Shown: positions 34,713-45,563, numbered from the stretch's first letter. The stretch: DNA of 64,000 nt from Candidatus Aminicenantes bacterium (GCA_011772475.1 WVZK01000094.1:1323-65322); one strand, 5' to 3'. Made by a program: numbers and translations. Notes: generated by a model from the sequence alone, not told the origin.

Positions 34713-36800
34713 ATGAAAGATTACAGTGCAGATAAGATCAGGAATATTGCTATTGTCGGTCATGGTTCGTCAGGAAAAACCTCGCTGACTTCCGCCTTTT
34801 TGTTTAATTCGAAGGCGACATCCAGATTCACAAAGGTTGAAAAAGGCAACACTGTAACTGATTATGATCCGGATGAAATCGAAAGAAATATTTCTATCAA
34901 TTCAGCAGCCTGTTTTTTAGAGTGGAATGGCCATAAGATTAATATTGTGGATTGCCCTGGTTACACTAATTTCCTCTGGGATACAAGAGCGAGCTTGAGG
35001 GCAGTGGATTCAGGAGCGGTTCTGGTCGGTGGAGTAGAAGGTGTCGAGGTTGGAACAGAAAAAGTGTGGGAAATGCTCAAAGAGCTTGACCTCCCTCGAA
35101 TCCTTATAATCAATAAATTAGACAGGGAAAACTCAGACTATAAGCGAGCAGTAGAATCCATCCATCAAGCTTTCGGCCGCCAAGCTGTTCCAATTCAACT
35201 TCCCATCGGAGAAGAGGAGAAATTTACTGGAGTTGTGGATTTAGTTGCGAAAAAAGCTTACATTTTTGAAAAGGATGAGAGCGGAAAATTCAAAGAAGAA
35301 GAGATCCCTACAGAATTAAAAGAGGAAGTGGACAAAAAAGTCGAAGAGCTGACAGAGATGGTTGCCGAAAATGATGAGCAGTTGATGGAAAAATATTTTG
35401 AAAAAGGCGAGCTTTCTCCTGAGGAGCTTATAGAGGGTCTTAGAGGAAGCATACTCAGCAGGCAGCTGTTTCCTATCTTTGTCGCATCTGCTCTCTTGAA
35501 CATAGGGGTTCAGCCTATCCTTGATGGGATTGTCAATTTCTTGCCTTCACCTCTCGAGAGAGGAGAAGTAGAAGGAGAGAAGGAAACTGTTAAGCTTTCT
35601 GTTGATGAGCCTTTCTCTGCTCTGGTTTTTAAAACAATTTCCGATCCCTACACGGGAAGAATATCCTTATTGAGAGTTTTCTCTGGAAGAGTAAACCCGG
35701 ATGCTACTGTAATGAACTCCAGCAAGGATGCGGCTGAAAAGCTTGGAGGCCTTTTTTTCCTCCAAGGAAAGGAACAGATACCAGCCGGGCAGGCAAAAGC
35801 TGGTGATATCGTAGCCACGGCTAAACTAAGGGAAACCTCAACAGGAGATACGCTTTGTGCCAAGGGGAACTCTGTAGAATTTCCTCCAATCGGATTTCCT
35901 GAGCCATCGATATCCTTTGCCATCGAACCCAAGACTCGTGCGGATGAGGATAGAATTTCCCAGGCAGTTCACCGAATTACAGAAGAGGACCCTACTGCAA
36001 GAATAGAAAGGGAGCCCCAAACAAACGAATTGATTATTTCTGGGAACGGCCAGCTCCATGTGGAGATCATCACTGATCGGCTAAAAAAGAGATATAACGT
36101 AAATGTCGACCTCAAGCCTCCTAAGATACCCTACAAGGAAACCATCAAAGGGAAATCAGATGTTCAAGGAAAGTACAAGAAGCAGACAGGAGGCCGCGGG
36201 CAGTATGGAGACGTAAGGATAAAAATGGAGCCTCTCCCCAGAGGAAAGGATTTTGAATTTGTAGATAAAATTTTCGGAGGGGCTATTCCCAAAAACTTTA
36301 TTCCTTCTATCGAAAAGGGAATTCAAGAGGCGCGAAAAAAAGGCGTGATTGCTGGTTATCCCGCCGTTGATTTTAAGGTGATCCTGTATGATGGAACTTA
36401 CCATGAAGTTGACTCTTCTGATATTGCCTTCAAGGTAGCTGCCTCAATGGCCTTTAAAAAAGGAATGAAAGAAGCAAAATCGACACTGCTTGAGCCCATC
36501 ATGAATATTGAAGTCTACACGCCTGAAACATACATGGGAGACATAATGGGAAACCTTAACGGGCGGAGAGGCAAAGTTCAAGGTATGGAGCAGAGAGGAA
36601 ATCTTCGCATCATAAAAGCCCAGGTTCCGATGGCCGAAATGCTGGATTTCGAACCGACTCTCACATCGATCACTGGAGGCAGGGGATCCTTTATCATGGA
36701 ATTTTCACATTACGAAGAAGTTCCTATCCAACTTCATCAGAAAATCGTAAATGAGGCCATTAAAGAAGGCCGGATTAAACCAGAAGAGGAAGAAAAATAA
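34713..36800 (+). CDS. elongation factor G paralog (EF-G-like GTPase)
   Basis: The G1 motif is GHGSSGKT, G3 is the atypical DCPGY (canonical DTPGH), and G4 is NKLD. EF-G domains II-V are recognisable. It is not in a str-operon context. GGGAGG precedes ATG 34713. The ORF track starts at TTG 34698. Confidence 0.85.
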   Translation: MKDYSADKIRNIAIVGHGSSGKTSLTSAFLFNSKATSRFTKVEKGNTVTDYDPDEIERNISINSAACFLEWNGHKINIVDCPGYTNFLWDTRASLRAVDSGAVLVGGVEGVEVGTEKVWEMLKELDLPRILIINKLDRENSDYKRAVESIHQAFGRQAVPIQLPIGEEEKFTGVVDLVAKKAYIFEKDESGKFKEEEIPTELKEEVDKKVEELTEMVAENDEQLMEKYFEKGELSPEELIEGLRGSILSRQLFPIFVASALLNIGVQPILDGIVNFLPSPLERGEVEGEKETVKLSVDEPFSALVFKTISDPYTGRISLLRVFSGRVNPDATVMNSSKDAAEKLGGLFFLQGKEQIPAGQAKAGDIVATAKLRETSTGDTLCAKGNSVEFPPIGFPEPSISFAIEPKTRADEDRISQAVHRITEEDPTARIEREPQTNELIISGNGQLHVEIITDRLKKRYNVNVDLKPPKIPYKETIKGKSDVQGKYKKQTGGRGQYGDVRIKMEPLPRGKDFEFVDKIFGGAIPKNFIPSIEKGIQEARKKGVIAGYPAVDFKVILYDGTYHEVDSSDIAFKVAASMAFKKGMKEAKSTLLEPIMNIEVYTPETYMGDIMGNLNGRRGKVQGMEQRGNLRIIKAQVPMAEMLDFEPTLTSITGGRGSFIMEFSHYEEVPIQLHQKIVNEAIKEGRIKPEEEEK

Positions 36801-36872
36801 ATAGGTAAAACCATTTTTATTAGTATGCCTAGCACGTCTATAATCTTTTAATGCCGCCCAGGGGGTGTGAAA

Positions 36873-37649
36873 ATGAACTGGGGAATGCAAAACAGATTAT
36901 CAAGAATAATTAATCCAAAAACAGGGCACTGTGTTATGTTGGCTGTTGATCATGGTTATTTTCAAGGTCCAACCACCGGTCTAAAAAACCTGGGCAAAAC
37001 AGTTATTCCATTATTACCCTATGCAGATGCATTAATGATTACGAGGGGCGCTTTAAGAAACTGGATTCCTCCAGAGATTGAGAAACCAATTGTTTTAAGA
37101 GTCTCCGGGGGCCAGAGTATTTTGAAAGAGCTTTCAAATGAGATAATCACAACATCTATTCAAGATGCAATAAGGATAAATGCTTCGGCAATTACCTGTT
37201 CTGTCTTTATCGGCGGAGAATATGAAAAACAATCAATAGAAAACCTATCAAAGATTGTCAACGACGGAGAAGATTACGGCATTCCAGTTCTGGCCGTGAC
37301 AGCAGTGGGAAAAGAAATGGTTCGAGATTCTAAGTATTTGAGTTTGGCCAGCAGGATTTGTGTTGAGATTGGTGCCCATATGGTAAAAACCTATTATTGC
37401 GAGGATTTCAGTGAGGTTGTTGAGGCATGCGGAAATGTTCCTGTAGTTATCGCTGGCGGCAAAAAGATCGAAGAAAAAGCTGCTTTGCAGATGGCTAGTG
37501 TCGCTGTGAAAGATGGGGCAGTTGGTGTCGACATGGGCAGAAACATATTCCAGTCAGATAATCCAGTTGGAATGATTAAGGCGGTCAGAGCCGTTGTTCA
37601 TGAAAATAAGACCGTTGATCAGGCATTTGAGATATACAAGAAAAAATAA
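36873..37649 (+). CDS. class I aldolase of the DhnA/LsrF (DeoC/FbaB) family
   Basis: MLAVDHGYFQGP, the Schiff-base lysine context HMVKTYY, and GRNIFQ. ATG 36873 is preferred over GTG 36867 because of GGGGG spacing. Confidence 0.75.
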   Translation: MNWGMQNRLSRIINPKTGHCVMLAVDHGYFQGPTTGLKNLGKTVIPLLPYADALMITRGALRNWIPPEIEKPIVLRVSGGQSILKELSNEIITTSIQDAIRINASAITCSVFIGGEYEKQSIENLSKIVNDGEDYGIPVLAVTAVGKEMVRDSKYLSLASRICVEIGAHMVKTYYCEDFSEVVEACGNVPVVIAGGKKIEEKAALQMASVAVKDGAVGVDMGRNIFQSDNPVGMIKAVRAVVHENKTVDQAFEIYKKK

Positions 37650-37731
37650 TTAAGTTTGTTTTATTATCTAGAAACGTGTCTTACAAACACAAAAAGAGAA
37701 ATACTAAATAATCAGATTTTTTTACGAATTT

Positions 37732-38721
37732 ATGAAAGTAGCTGTCTATTACAACAACAAAGATATTAGAATCCAGGAAATGCCAAAGCCTACAATTAAG
37801 AAAGGCGAGATTCTAGTTAAGATTAAAGCTTCAAGCATATGCGGCACAGATGTGATGGAATGGTACAGGATAAAGAAAGCTCCTCGTATCCTTGGCCATG
37901 AGACAACGGGAGATATTATCGAAGTTGGAGACGGAGTGAAAAAGTTTAAAGCGGGCCAGCGCGTCTTTGTGACCCATCATGTACCTTGTTATGAATGCAA
38001 ATATTGTTTAGAAGGCAACCATACTGCTTGTGAGGTATTGCATGAAGGCAACTATGATCCTGGCGGCTTCAGCGAATTCATTAGAGTGCCAAAAATAAAT
38101 GTCGAGCACGGGACTTTTCCTCTGCCTAAGAATATTAGTTATGAAGAGGGCACAATGATTGAACCCCTGGCCTGTTGTGTGCGAGGTCAGAAAGTGATCA
38201 ATGTCAAAGAAAACCAAACTGTTCTGATATTAGGTAGCGGAGTATCTGGATTATCGAATATACAATTGGCCAAATTAAGAGGAGCAAGAGTTGTGGCCAC
38301 GGATGTTGATGACTATAAGCTAAAAAAGGCAAAAGAGTTTGGCGCGGATGAAGTTTTAGATGCCAGAAAAGATTTTAACCTTAAGGCAGAAAGGGTAATA
38401 GTCTGTACTGGTGCTTTGCAGGCTGCTCAGCAAGCATTTAAATTTATAGACAGAAAAGGAATTATACTCTTTTTTGCCATTCCAAATAAAAATATTGAAA
38501 TTCCAGCAGTTGATTTCTGGAGGAACGAAATTACAGTAACCTCATCATATGGAGCAGCTCCTGATGACTTAAAAGAATCAATAGAGCTTATTAAAAACAA
38601 AAGAATTAATGTCAAAGGTCTTATCACCCATAAATTCCCTCTAAAGGAAATAGCTGAAGGTTTTGAGCTGGCAGCTAATCCAAAAGATTCCCTAAAGGTT
38701 GTTATCCAACCAAATCTATGA
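37732..38721 (+). CDS. zinc-dependent medium-chain alcohol/polyol dehydrogenase
   Basis: 329 aa. Catalytic GHETTG, structural-zinc cysteines CYECKYCLEGNHTAC, Rossmann motif GSGVSG. Confidence 0.85.
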   Translation: MKVAVYYNNKDIRIQEMPKPTIKKGEILVKIKASSICGTDVMEWYRIKKAPRILGHETTGDIIEVGDGVKKFKAGQRVFVTHHVPCYECKYCLEGNHTACEVLHEGNYDPGGFSEFIRVPKINVEHGTFPLPKNISYEEGTMIEPLACCVRGQKVINVKENQTVLILGSGVSGLSNIQLAKLRGARVVATDVDDYKLKKAKEFGADEVLDARKDFNLKAERVIVCTGALQAAQQAFKFIDRKGIILFFAIPNKNIEIPAVDFWRNEITVTSSYGAAPDDLKESIELIKNKRINVKGLITHKFPLKEIAEGFELAANPKDSLKVVIQPNL

Positions 38722-38741
38722 AGGCTAAAGCTTAGCTGGTA

Positions 38742-38760
38742 GCTGCAGCTATTTCCCAAG
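38742..38760 (-). repeat. copy of the TTGGGAAATAGCTG(M)AGC motif
   Basis: The reverse complement cttgggaaatagctgcagc matches 11618-11635 (ttgggaaatagctgaagc) at 17 of 18 positions. It lies 21 nt after the dehydrogenase stop. Confidence 0.5.
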
Positions 38761-38809
38761 ACTTATGTCTCGAATATATCCATCAATTATCAATGATTAA
38801 GAGATACTT

Positions 38810-38856
38810 CCGGAAAATGGGGCCTGTCCGGAAAATGGGGCCTGGCCCCATTTTTT
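38810..38856. terminator. bidirectional terminator-like family-1 palindrome with duplicated left arm
   Basis: ccggaaaatggggcctg occurs twice (38810-38826, 38828-44). The second copy completes the perfect palindrome aaaatggggcc-t-ggccccatttt (38832-38854) plus TTTTTT. It sits between convergent genes ending at 38721 and 38863. Confidence 0.6.
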
Positions 38857-38862
38857 GGTGAA

Positions 38863-40014
38863 CTAATGTTTTCTTACAAAGAGGAGCATAATTCCCGAAA
38901 TTAGCGTAAGAATGAGCGAAAAATAGAAGGGGACGAGAAAACCGAGCGTATCCCAGAGCACTCCGGCGATAAAGGATGCGGGCAAGGCACATAGGCCGAG
39001 CACCATCTGGAATCCGCCCAAGCAACTCGCTCTAAACTCCGCGGGAGCAAGCTCGCAAACAAAGGTTCTTTGCACAGGCTCTAAGGCTCCCTTATGAGCC
39101 CCATAAAGAATAAAGATTAATATTATCATCATTCGATTTGGCTCTGAAACTACGATAACACAGACTGCGATCCAGAGGATATAAGAGAGCAAGAGTACGC
39201 GTTTTCTTCCTATCTTATCCGAAAGTCTTCCGAAAGGATAAGAGAATAGAAAGGCAGAGAGCGTAAAGATCAGATAAAGGACCGGCACAAAGGCCAGCTT
39301 AAATCCGAATTTTTTGGCATAGATGAGTAAGAAAGAATAGCTGAAGGCTCCCAGTGCATAGAGCGAACTCAAAACAAGGAAAAGCCTGAAGTTTCTGTCC
39401 AGGTCTTTCAGTGAGATTCCTTTGTAGATTTTGATCTGCCCAGATTTTCTTTCTTTGATTAAGGAAAAAACAAGGAAGGCACTGATTAGCGAGGGGGTGG
39501 CTGCCAGGGCAAATAAAACCCTGTATCCCAGTATGCTGAAAAGTGCAATACAGATTACAATACCAAACACCGCACCCAGGTGATCCATAGCTCTCAAAAG
39601 ACCAAAGTTTTTGCCCCTGTTTTCTTTGGTTGAAACATCGGCGACTATGGCATCGCGTGGAGCGCTCCTGATTTTTCCCACTCGATCCAATACTCTAAAC
39701 GGAACAAGATGCGGCCAGATTGTTGAGATCGCATAACCGAGTCTTGAGAGGGCTCCGAATAGATAGCCTGTCCAGATAAAGACCTTTCTTTTTTTAATCC
39801 TGTCCGATATATACCCTGAACCTGCTTGGGAGATAGAGACAAGAGCTTCGCCTAGCCCGTCCAAAAAACCAAGGACAGCCATGTTTGCCTTTAAAATTGT
39901 TGTCACAAACAGAGGCCAGACAGGATAGATCATGTCCGAGCCTAAGTCATTCAGAAAGGACGCGAGAGCAAAAGTTCGGATTGTTTTTTTTGGTTCTATG
40001 ATTTGGTTTTTCAT
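38863..40014 (-). CDS. MFS transporter
   Basis: 383 aa with about 12 hydrophobic segments and the loop motif DRIKKRKV (2-3 loop signature). Confidence 0.8.
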   Translation of the reverse strand: MKNQIIEPKKTIRTFALASFLNDLGSDMIYPVWPLFVTTILKANMAVLGFLDGLGEALVSISQAGSGYISDRIKKRKVFIWTGYLFGALSRLGYAISTIWPHLVPFRVLDRVGKIRSAPRDAIVADVSTKENRGKNFGLLRAMDHLGAVFGIVICIALFSILGYRVLFALAATPSLISAFLVFSLIKERKSGQIKIYKGISLKDLDRNFRLFLVLSSLYALGAFSYSFLLIYAKKFGFKLAFVPVLYLIFTLSAFLFSYPFGRLSDKIGRKRVLLLSYILWIAVCVIVVSEPNRMMIILIFILYGAHKGALEPVQRTFVCELAPAEFRASCLGGFQMVLGLCALPASFIAGVLWDTLGFLVPFYFSLILTLISGIMLLFVRKH

Positions 40015-40079
40015 TGAGAGATTTTGCTTCCGTTAGTATAAATTCAAGATGCTAGAATGTAAACAAACACATAAGTAAA

Positions 40080-40109
40080 TTGACATCAACAAAAAATCAG
40101 AGATATGAT
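40080..40109 (+). promoter_or_regulatory. candidate promoter TTGACA-18-TATGAT
   Basis: -35 at 40080-40085 and -10 at 40104-40109, 30 nt upstream of ATG 40139. Confidence 0.35.
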
Positions 40110-40138
40110 ACATAAAAAAATATGAAGTGAGAGAAAGA

Positions 40139-41416
40139 ATGACTATTAAAAAAATCACGCTAATTTCGATTATTCTTTTGACATTTTCCATTCTAAGCGG
40201 ACAGGAAGAAGAGGATAAAATCCTACTTCTCAAAATCGGGGACAAAAAGCTTAAAGACAAAACAATGGATGTTGCAGCGGGAAAAATTTATTCAGCACGC
40301 GCTGGGAGCCAGATTCCTTTCCAAAAAATGATCAAGGAGATGAAAGAGAGTGAATTCATTTATTTAGGAGAAACTCACAACAGCCTTCCCATGCACGAGA
40401 TTCAATCAAAGATAATTCAAGCTTTATACGATCAAGATAGAAGTTTATCGATAGGCTTGGAGATGTTTCCTGTCAGCTTCCAGGAAGCTTTGAATAAATG
40501 GAGCATGGGTATTCTTTCCCAGGACGAGTTCATTCGAGAATCTCGATGGTACATGAATTGGAATTTCAACTTTGGCTTTTATGAAAGGATATTTGAGCTT
40601 GCAAAAAACAGTCAAATTCCTTTGTATGCCTTGAATGCTCAGAGGGCAATAATCAGAAAAATCAGGATGAAAGGTTGGGATAAGCTTTCAGATGATGAGA
40701 AAAAAATCGTCCCCAATCCCGACGTTTCTCATGAAGAACATAGAAAACTTATTAGAACGATTTTTGAGGCAACAGAGCTCCCTCATCAGATGAAAGGAGC
40801 AGGTCTGGATATGGTATTCGAAGGGCTTTACCGGGCGCAATCCGCTTGGGATGAGGTCATGGCCTTCAATGCTCTCCAGTCTCGAGAGAGAGGGGGGCGA
40901 AAGCTGGTTGTCTTGGTCGGTTCAGGTCATCTTCTTTATAATCTGGGCATAAACCGCCGAGCGTACGAGAAAAGTCGCCTTCCTTTTAAGACTGTGCTGT
41001 GTGTTGAAATCCCAGAAGGAAAAAAGAGCATTAAAGTAGCCAGGAGTCTTGCCGATTATGTTTGGGGCATTTCTGAAGAAAAAATACCTGCTTTTCCTTC
41101 AGTCGGGCTGAGATTTAAGAAATTTGATGGGCTGGATAATTTGGTTATCGAAAGCAGGCCAATAGACGGAGTTTCTAAAAATGCAAATTTTGAGAAGGGA
41201 GATGTCGTTCTTTCTGTCGATGGAAAGAGCTATTCTGACATAAATGAGCTAAGAATCTATTTAGCCCGATTCAAATGGGATGATGAAGTGAAATTCTCTC
41301 TTCTCAGAGATGCTCAGCAGATAGAAATTGTATTGAAGTTCAAAACTCCTGAGGAGGAAAAGGAAGAGAAGGAAGAGAAAGAGAAAAAGGAGAAGAAGGC
41401 AGGACAGGGACGTTGA
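40139..41416 (+). CDS. ChaN/Tiki-like (haem-binding-uptake, DUF399) lipoprotein-type protein with C-terminal PDZ domain
   Basis: Signal peptide, FIYLGETHN motif, GSGHL, a C-terminal PDZ-like block (GDVVLSVDGKSY) and a K/E-rich tail. ATG 40139 is preferred over GTG 40127. Confidence 0.65.
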   Translation: MTIKKITLISIILLTFSILSGQEEEDKILLLKIGDKKLKDKTMDVAAGKIYSARAGSQIPFQKMIKEMKESEFIYLGETHNSLPMHEIQSKIIQALYDQDRSLSIGLEMFPVSFQEALNKWSMGILSQDEFIRESRWYMNWNFNFGFYERIFELAKNSQIPLYALNAQRAIIRKIRMKGWDKLSDDEKKIVPNPDVSHEEHRKLIRTIFEATELPHQMKGAGLDMVFEGLYRAQSAWDEVMAFNALQSRERGGRKLVVLVGSGHLLYNLGINRRAYEKSRLPFKTVLCVEIPEGKKSIKVARSLADYVWGISEEKIPAFPSVGLRFKKFDGLDNLVIESRPIDGVSKNANFEKGDVVLSVDGKSYSDINELRIYLARFKWDDEVKFSLLRDAQQIEIVLKFKTPEEEKEEKEEKEKKEKKAGQGR

Positions 41417-41530
41417 TAAATTGACTGGAGTAGAGTAGAAATGAGTCTTATTTCATCAGAGGATAAAAAGAAAATCTGAAAGACATGATTTATTAATAAA
41501 TAAGATTTAATAACAGAGGAGAACGAATAA

Positions 41531-43231
41531 ATGAAATCAAAAATATCTAAAACTGCGGTTCTTTTAGCTTTTTCCCTTTTCTTTTCTTTTTTTATTTCAG
41601 GAGCAGAGATTGTTAAGGCTCCTGCCGAAGAAATTGGCTACTCTCAGTACAGCCAATATGAGGAGATAACAGCATTTTTAAGTCGGGTGAGTCATCTTTC
41701 AGAAAAAGTAAAAGTCCAGATAATCGGCCGGACCAAAGATACAGAAGCTTACGCTTCAAGAGACCTTTACTTGTGCATCATAACCGAAGAGGGAGCTGAT
41801 TCTCCTCTTAAGCTGAACCGGAAGAAACCGACTTTTCTGCTAGTCGCTTCCCAGCACGGCCGTGAACAATCCGCCAAAGAAGCTACTTTATTGTTTATCA
41901 GAGATTTAGCAACAGGCAAGCTTGAGAGTTTAATGAAGAGGATTAATTTCCTGATCATCCCCCAGGCAAATCCTTACGGAAACTTTTTCGACCAACGCCG
42001 CAATGAACAGGATTTGGATTTGAACAGAGATCATGTCAAGCTCGAAGCGCCAGAAGTTGAAGCTATCCATCATGTTTTCAGGGCCTGGATGCCTGAAGTG
42101 ACGATGGATGTTCATGAAAAAGGTGATGATTTCTATCGTGTATCCATAGGCTGTGTTTCCAATGCAAATATCCATCAGAGTCTTCAAGAATTTTCCCGGT
42201 CAAAGATATTAACTGAAGTATGGAAAAAGCTCGAGAAGAAACGAATCACTCATCAAGAGTACCTTATAACTCAGCACATGGGAATCGACTCATCCGCTGG
42301 AGTCCGTTATCCCGAGGAATATCTTAAAGGAAGGGAAGAGATGAAGCGCTACAGCACCACAGACCTCAATGATGGCCGCAACAGTTTAGGGATTTATGAA
42401 ACTCTGTCTTTTATCCAGGAAGGAGCTTCCCGTCACGACCTCAAAACTTTAAGAAAGAGAACGAACTACCAGTATGACGGAATCAGATATTTTGCAGAAA
42501 GCGTCGCTGCACATGGAGAAGAAATTATCTCTTTAGTGAACGGACTTCGGAAGAAACTCCTTGCGGAAGCAAAAGTATTCTCTGAGGATGATTTAGTTCA
42601 TTTGAGAATGGAATATGCAAGGGATGAGAAAGAGCCAGAGTTGACCATACAGAAATTCGAGCCGATTGACGCCTCGATAGAGGGAGTTCTCAAGGTCGAC
42701 AAAAAGGCAGGCGACATTATTACTCGAGATGATATGGCTACTTATCGCTATCCCTCAGAACAGGAGGTCGTCAAGGAAGTCGTGACCAACTGGTTTCCTA
42801 ACGTAGAACCAACCTTGAGCGTTCCACGTCCTTTAGGCTACATTATTCCCGCTAAATATCATGATATCGTGGAGACTCTTTTCGGTCATGACATAAAAGT
42901 TGAGATGTTTACTAAAGACATCCATCTTGAGATTGAATCTTACCAAACAAAGGGAATAGTGCCGGCAATATACGATTATCTTCCGCCTCAAAAGATTGAG
43001 GTAGAAAAGAAAAAGCTCCAAACGATCATAAAACGGGGTGATTTTTACGTAAGCTGTGCTCAGTGGGGGGCTAAATTAATTCCCTGCCTCCTTGAACCGC
43101 AGTCCCAGTACGGATTCATACGCTACTGGAAGTTCAAGTTGGTTCCTGAGGCGGGCGATATCTTTGCTTTCTACAGATTCGTTGGGAAAAAAGCGCTGCC
43201 TCTCATTCCCTATAAGAACTGGCAAAGATAG
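41531..43231 (+). CDS. secreted M14-family zinc carboxypeptidase
   Basis: 566 aa. Signal peptide, zinc ligands in ASQHGREQS, DLNRDH, VTMDVHE. Confidence 0.75.
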   Translation: MKSKISKTAVLLAFSLFFSFFISGAEIVKAPAEEIGYSQYSQYEEITAFLSRVSHLSEKVKVQIIGRTKDTEAYASRDLYLCIITEEGADSPLKLNRKKPTFLLVASQHGREQSAKEATLLFIRDLATGKLESLMKRINFLIIPQANPYGNFFDQRRNEQDLDLNRDHVKLEAPEVEAIHHVFRAWMPEVTMDVHEKGDDFYRVSIGCVSNANIHQSLQEFSRSKILTEVWKKLEKKRITHQEYLITQHMGIDSSAGVRYPEEYLKGREEMKRYSTTDLNDGRNSLGIYETLSFIQEGASRHDLKTLRKRTNYQYDGIRYFAESVAAHGEEIISLVNGLRKKLLAEAKVFSEDDLVHLRMEYARDEKEPELTIQKFEPIDASIEGVLKVDKKAGDIITRDDMATYRYPSEQEVVKEVVTNWFPNVEPTLSVPRPLGYIIPAKYHDIVETLFGHDIKVEMFTKDIHLEIESYQTKGIVPAIYDYLPPQKIEVEKKKLQTIIKRGDFYVSCAQWGAKLIPCLLEPQSQYGFIRYWKFKLVPEAGDIFAFYRFVGKKALPLIPYKNWQR

Positions 43232-43271
43232 ACTGGAGGCATGGAAACTGCTATCTCGTCTGCATAACATA

Positions 43272-43379
43272 AAAAGTGCGGGCTTGATAAATCAAGCTCC
43301 TACAAACTAATCAGGCTCCTAAAGAATAAGAAGGTGGGTTTGATGAATCAAGCCCCTACAAATAGATCAAGCCTCTGCA
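43272..43379. repeat. cluster of family-4 hairpin repeats (two full, two half copies)
   Basis: Full copies are at 43272-43306 and 43331-43362 (ggtgggtttgatgaatcaagcccctacaaa). Half copies aatcaggctcctaaa (43308-43322) and gatcaagcctctgca (43365-43379) are also present, and the latter overlaps the sucD stop. It lies between convergent genes. Confidence 0.6.
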
Positions 43380-44242
43380 AGTGCTTCTTTTACTTTTTGG
43401 CCGATCTCAGCCGGACTTTTGGCCACATGGACTCCAGCCTCTTCTAAGGCTTTCATCTTTTCTTTAGCCGTGCCTTTCCCTCCCGAGATAATAGCTCCAG
43501 CATGACCCATCCTTCTTCCCGGGGGAGCAGTCTGGCCGGCGATAAAGCTAACGACTGGCTTAGGAAATTCTTTCTTGATGTATTCAGCAGCTTCTTCCTC
43601 TGCGGTTCCTCCGATCTCCCCGATAAGGATAACTGCCTCTGTATCCTTGTCATCTTTGAAGAGTTTCAGAAGATCTATGAATTGGAGACCAACAATGGGG
43701 TCACCGCCTATGCCTATCGCAGTCGACTGTCCATATCCCAACTTTGTCACCTGGTCTACCGCTTCATAAGTCAGTGTGCCGGAACGGGAGATAATCCCGA
43801 TTGTTCCAGGAGTATGGATATGACCAGGCATTATCCCGATTTTACACTTTCCAGGAGAAATGATTCCGGGAGTGTTTGGCCCGATCAGGCAGCAATCTTT
43901 TCCTTTTAGGAATAATTTTGCTTTTATCATATCAAAGGTGGGGATTCCTTCAGTAATGCAGACTATACATTTGATCCCTGCTCCTGCGGCTTCCATGATA
44001 GCGTCAGAGGCAAAAAAGGCGGGGACAAAAATTGCAGAGGCGTCTGCTCCTTCCTTTTCAACCGCATCATTTACAGAGTTATAAACAGGGACATTGAGGT
44101 GGGTGGTTCCTCCTTTCCCGGGGGTAACTCCGGCAACCACAGTTGTTCCGTACTCCTGCATTCTTTGGGTATGGAAAGTGCCTTCTCCTCCTGTGATTCC
44201 CTGAACCACAACTCGTGTCTTTTCATCGATGATTATGCTCAT
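43367..44242 (-). CDS. sucD: succinate--CoA ligase subunit alpha
   Basis: 291 aa. [17 protein letters not shown], catalytic His context MGHAGAI. Confidence 0.95.
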   Translation of the reverse strand: MSIIIDEKTRVVVQGITGGEGTFHTQRMQEYGTTVVAGVTPGKGGTTHLNVPVYNSVNDAVEKEGADASAIFVPAFFASDAIMEAAGAGIKCIVCITEGIPTFDMIKAKLFLKGKDCCLIGPNTPGIISPGKCKIGIMPGHIHTPGTIGIISRSGTLTYEAVDQVTKLGYGQSTAIGIGGDPIVGLQFIDLLKLFKDDKDTEAVILIGEIGGTAEEEAAEYIKKEFPKPVVSFIAGQTAPPGRRMGHAGAIISGGKGTAKEKMKALEEAGVHVAKSPAEIGQKVKEALAEA

Positions 44243-44256
44243 AGTCTGCTCCTTTG

Positions 44257-45417
44257 TTATTGTTTGGCAAGAGGAACAACTTTTTCAGCCGCCTCTTTCA
44301 TTGTCTCTGCGGGATAGAAAGAGAGTCCTGATTCTTTTAGGATCTTTTTTCCAAGCTCAACGTTGGTTCCTTCGAGTCTGACAACCATGGGCACTTTGAG
44401 ACCGAATTCTTTGGCCGCTTTAACTATACCATTGGCCACTAAATCGCAGCGGACAATGCCTCCAAAAATATTGATCAGGGCAGCTTTCACGTCCTTATCC
44501 GAAACGAGAATCTTAAAGGCATTTTTGACTGCCTCTTCTGATACTCCGCCCCCAACGTCTAAGAAGTTTGCTGGCATTCCTCCAGAGTGCATTATGATAT
44601 CCATGGTGGCCATAGCCAGGCCTGCTCCGTTCACCATGCAGCCAACGTTTCCGTCCAGTTTTATGTAACTCAAGTTAAATTTTGATGCTTCGACTTCTAA
44701 GGGGTCTTCCTCGTCCAAATCCCTCATCTCTTTGATATCAAGGTGACGAAGGAGGGCGTTATCATCAAAGTTCATCTTAGCATCAAGAGCAAGGACATTC
44801 CCTTGTTTAGTGATAAGCAAGGGATTAATTTCTGCGAGTGATGCATCTGTAGCTGCGAATGCTTTATAAAGACTGATGATGAATTTTACGCCTTGCTTAA
44901 ACGTATCCCCCTCGAGATTTAGTTTAAAAGCCAAATTTCTTGCTTGGAACGGAAGAAAGCCGGTACCAGGATTGACATATTCTTTGAAGATAAGCCCTGG
45001 TGTTTCAGAAGCAACTTTTTCTATCTCAACTCCTCCTTCAGAAGAAGCCATGACAACCGGAGCTTCCTTTGCTCTGTCTATTACAATTCCTATGTAAAGC
45101 TCTCGCGCAATATCAAGTGCTTCTTCCACGAGAATTCTTTTCACGAGTTTTCCTTCCGATCCAGTCTGAGGAGTGATCAGTGTCATCCCGATCATTTCTT
45201 TGGCAATTTTTTCTGCTTCCTGAGGATTCTTGGCAAGTTTGATGCCCCCTCCTTTGCCTCTTCCTCCAGCATGGACCTGAGCTTTGAGAACGACTTTCGG
45301 ACCGATTTTATCTGCGATTTTACGCGCTTCGGGCGGAGAGTCAGCTACCTCTCCTTGGGGAATTTGAACGCCATACTTTTTTAGAATTTGTTTGGCTTGA
45401 TACTCATGAATTTTCAT
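44257..45417 (-). CDS. sucC: succinate--CoA ligase subunit beta
   Basis: 386 aa. [13 protein letters not shown]-terminus and ATP-grasp fold. Confidence 0.95.
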   Translation of the reverse strand: MKIHEYQAKQILKKYGVQIPQGEVADSPPEARKIADKIGPKVVLKAQVHAGGRGKGGGIKLAKNPQEAEKIAKEMIGMTLITPQTGSEGKLVKRILVEEALDIARELYIGIVIDRAKEAPVVMASSEGGVEIEKVASETPGLIFKEYVNPGTGFLPFQARNLAFKLNLEGDTFKQGVKFIISLYKAFAATDASLAEINPLLITKQGNVLALDAKMNFDDNALLRHLDIKEMRDLDEEDPLEVEASKFNLSYIKLDGNVGCMVNGAGLAMATMDIIMHSGGMPANFLDVGGGVSEEAVKNAFKILVSDKDVKAALINIFGGIVRCDLVANGIVKAAKEFGLKVPMVVRLEGTNVELGKKILKESGLSFYPAETMKEAAEKVVPLAKQ

Positions 45418-45563
45418 TGTATTTATCCTTCTATAAGATCTTTACGCCCATTTTTTCCAATGGTCTTATAAATAAACTTATAATATTTTCTTTGAACCCA
45501 GAACTCTTCCTTCAAGAGGAAGAAAATAGAAATGAGTTTGCGGTTTGTTTTTGAATCTCTTCT

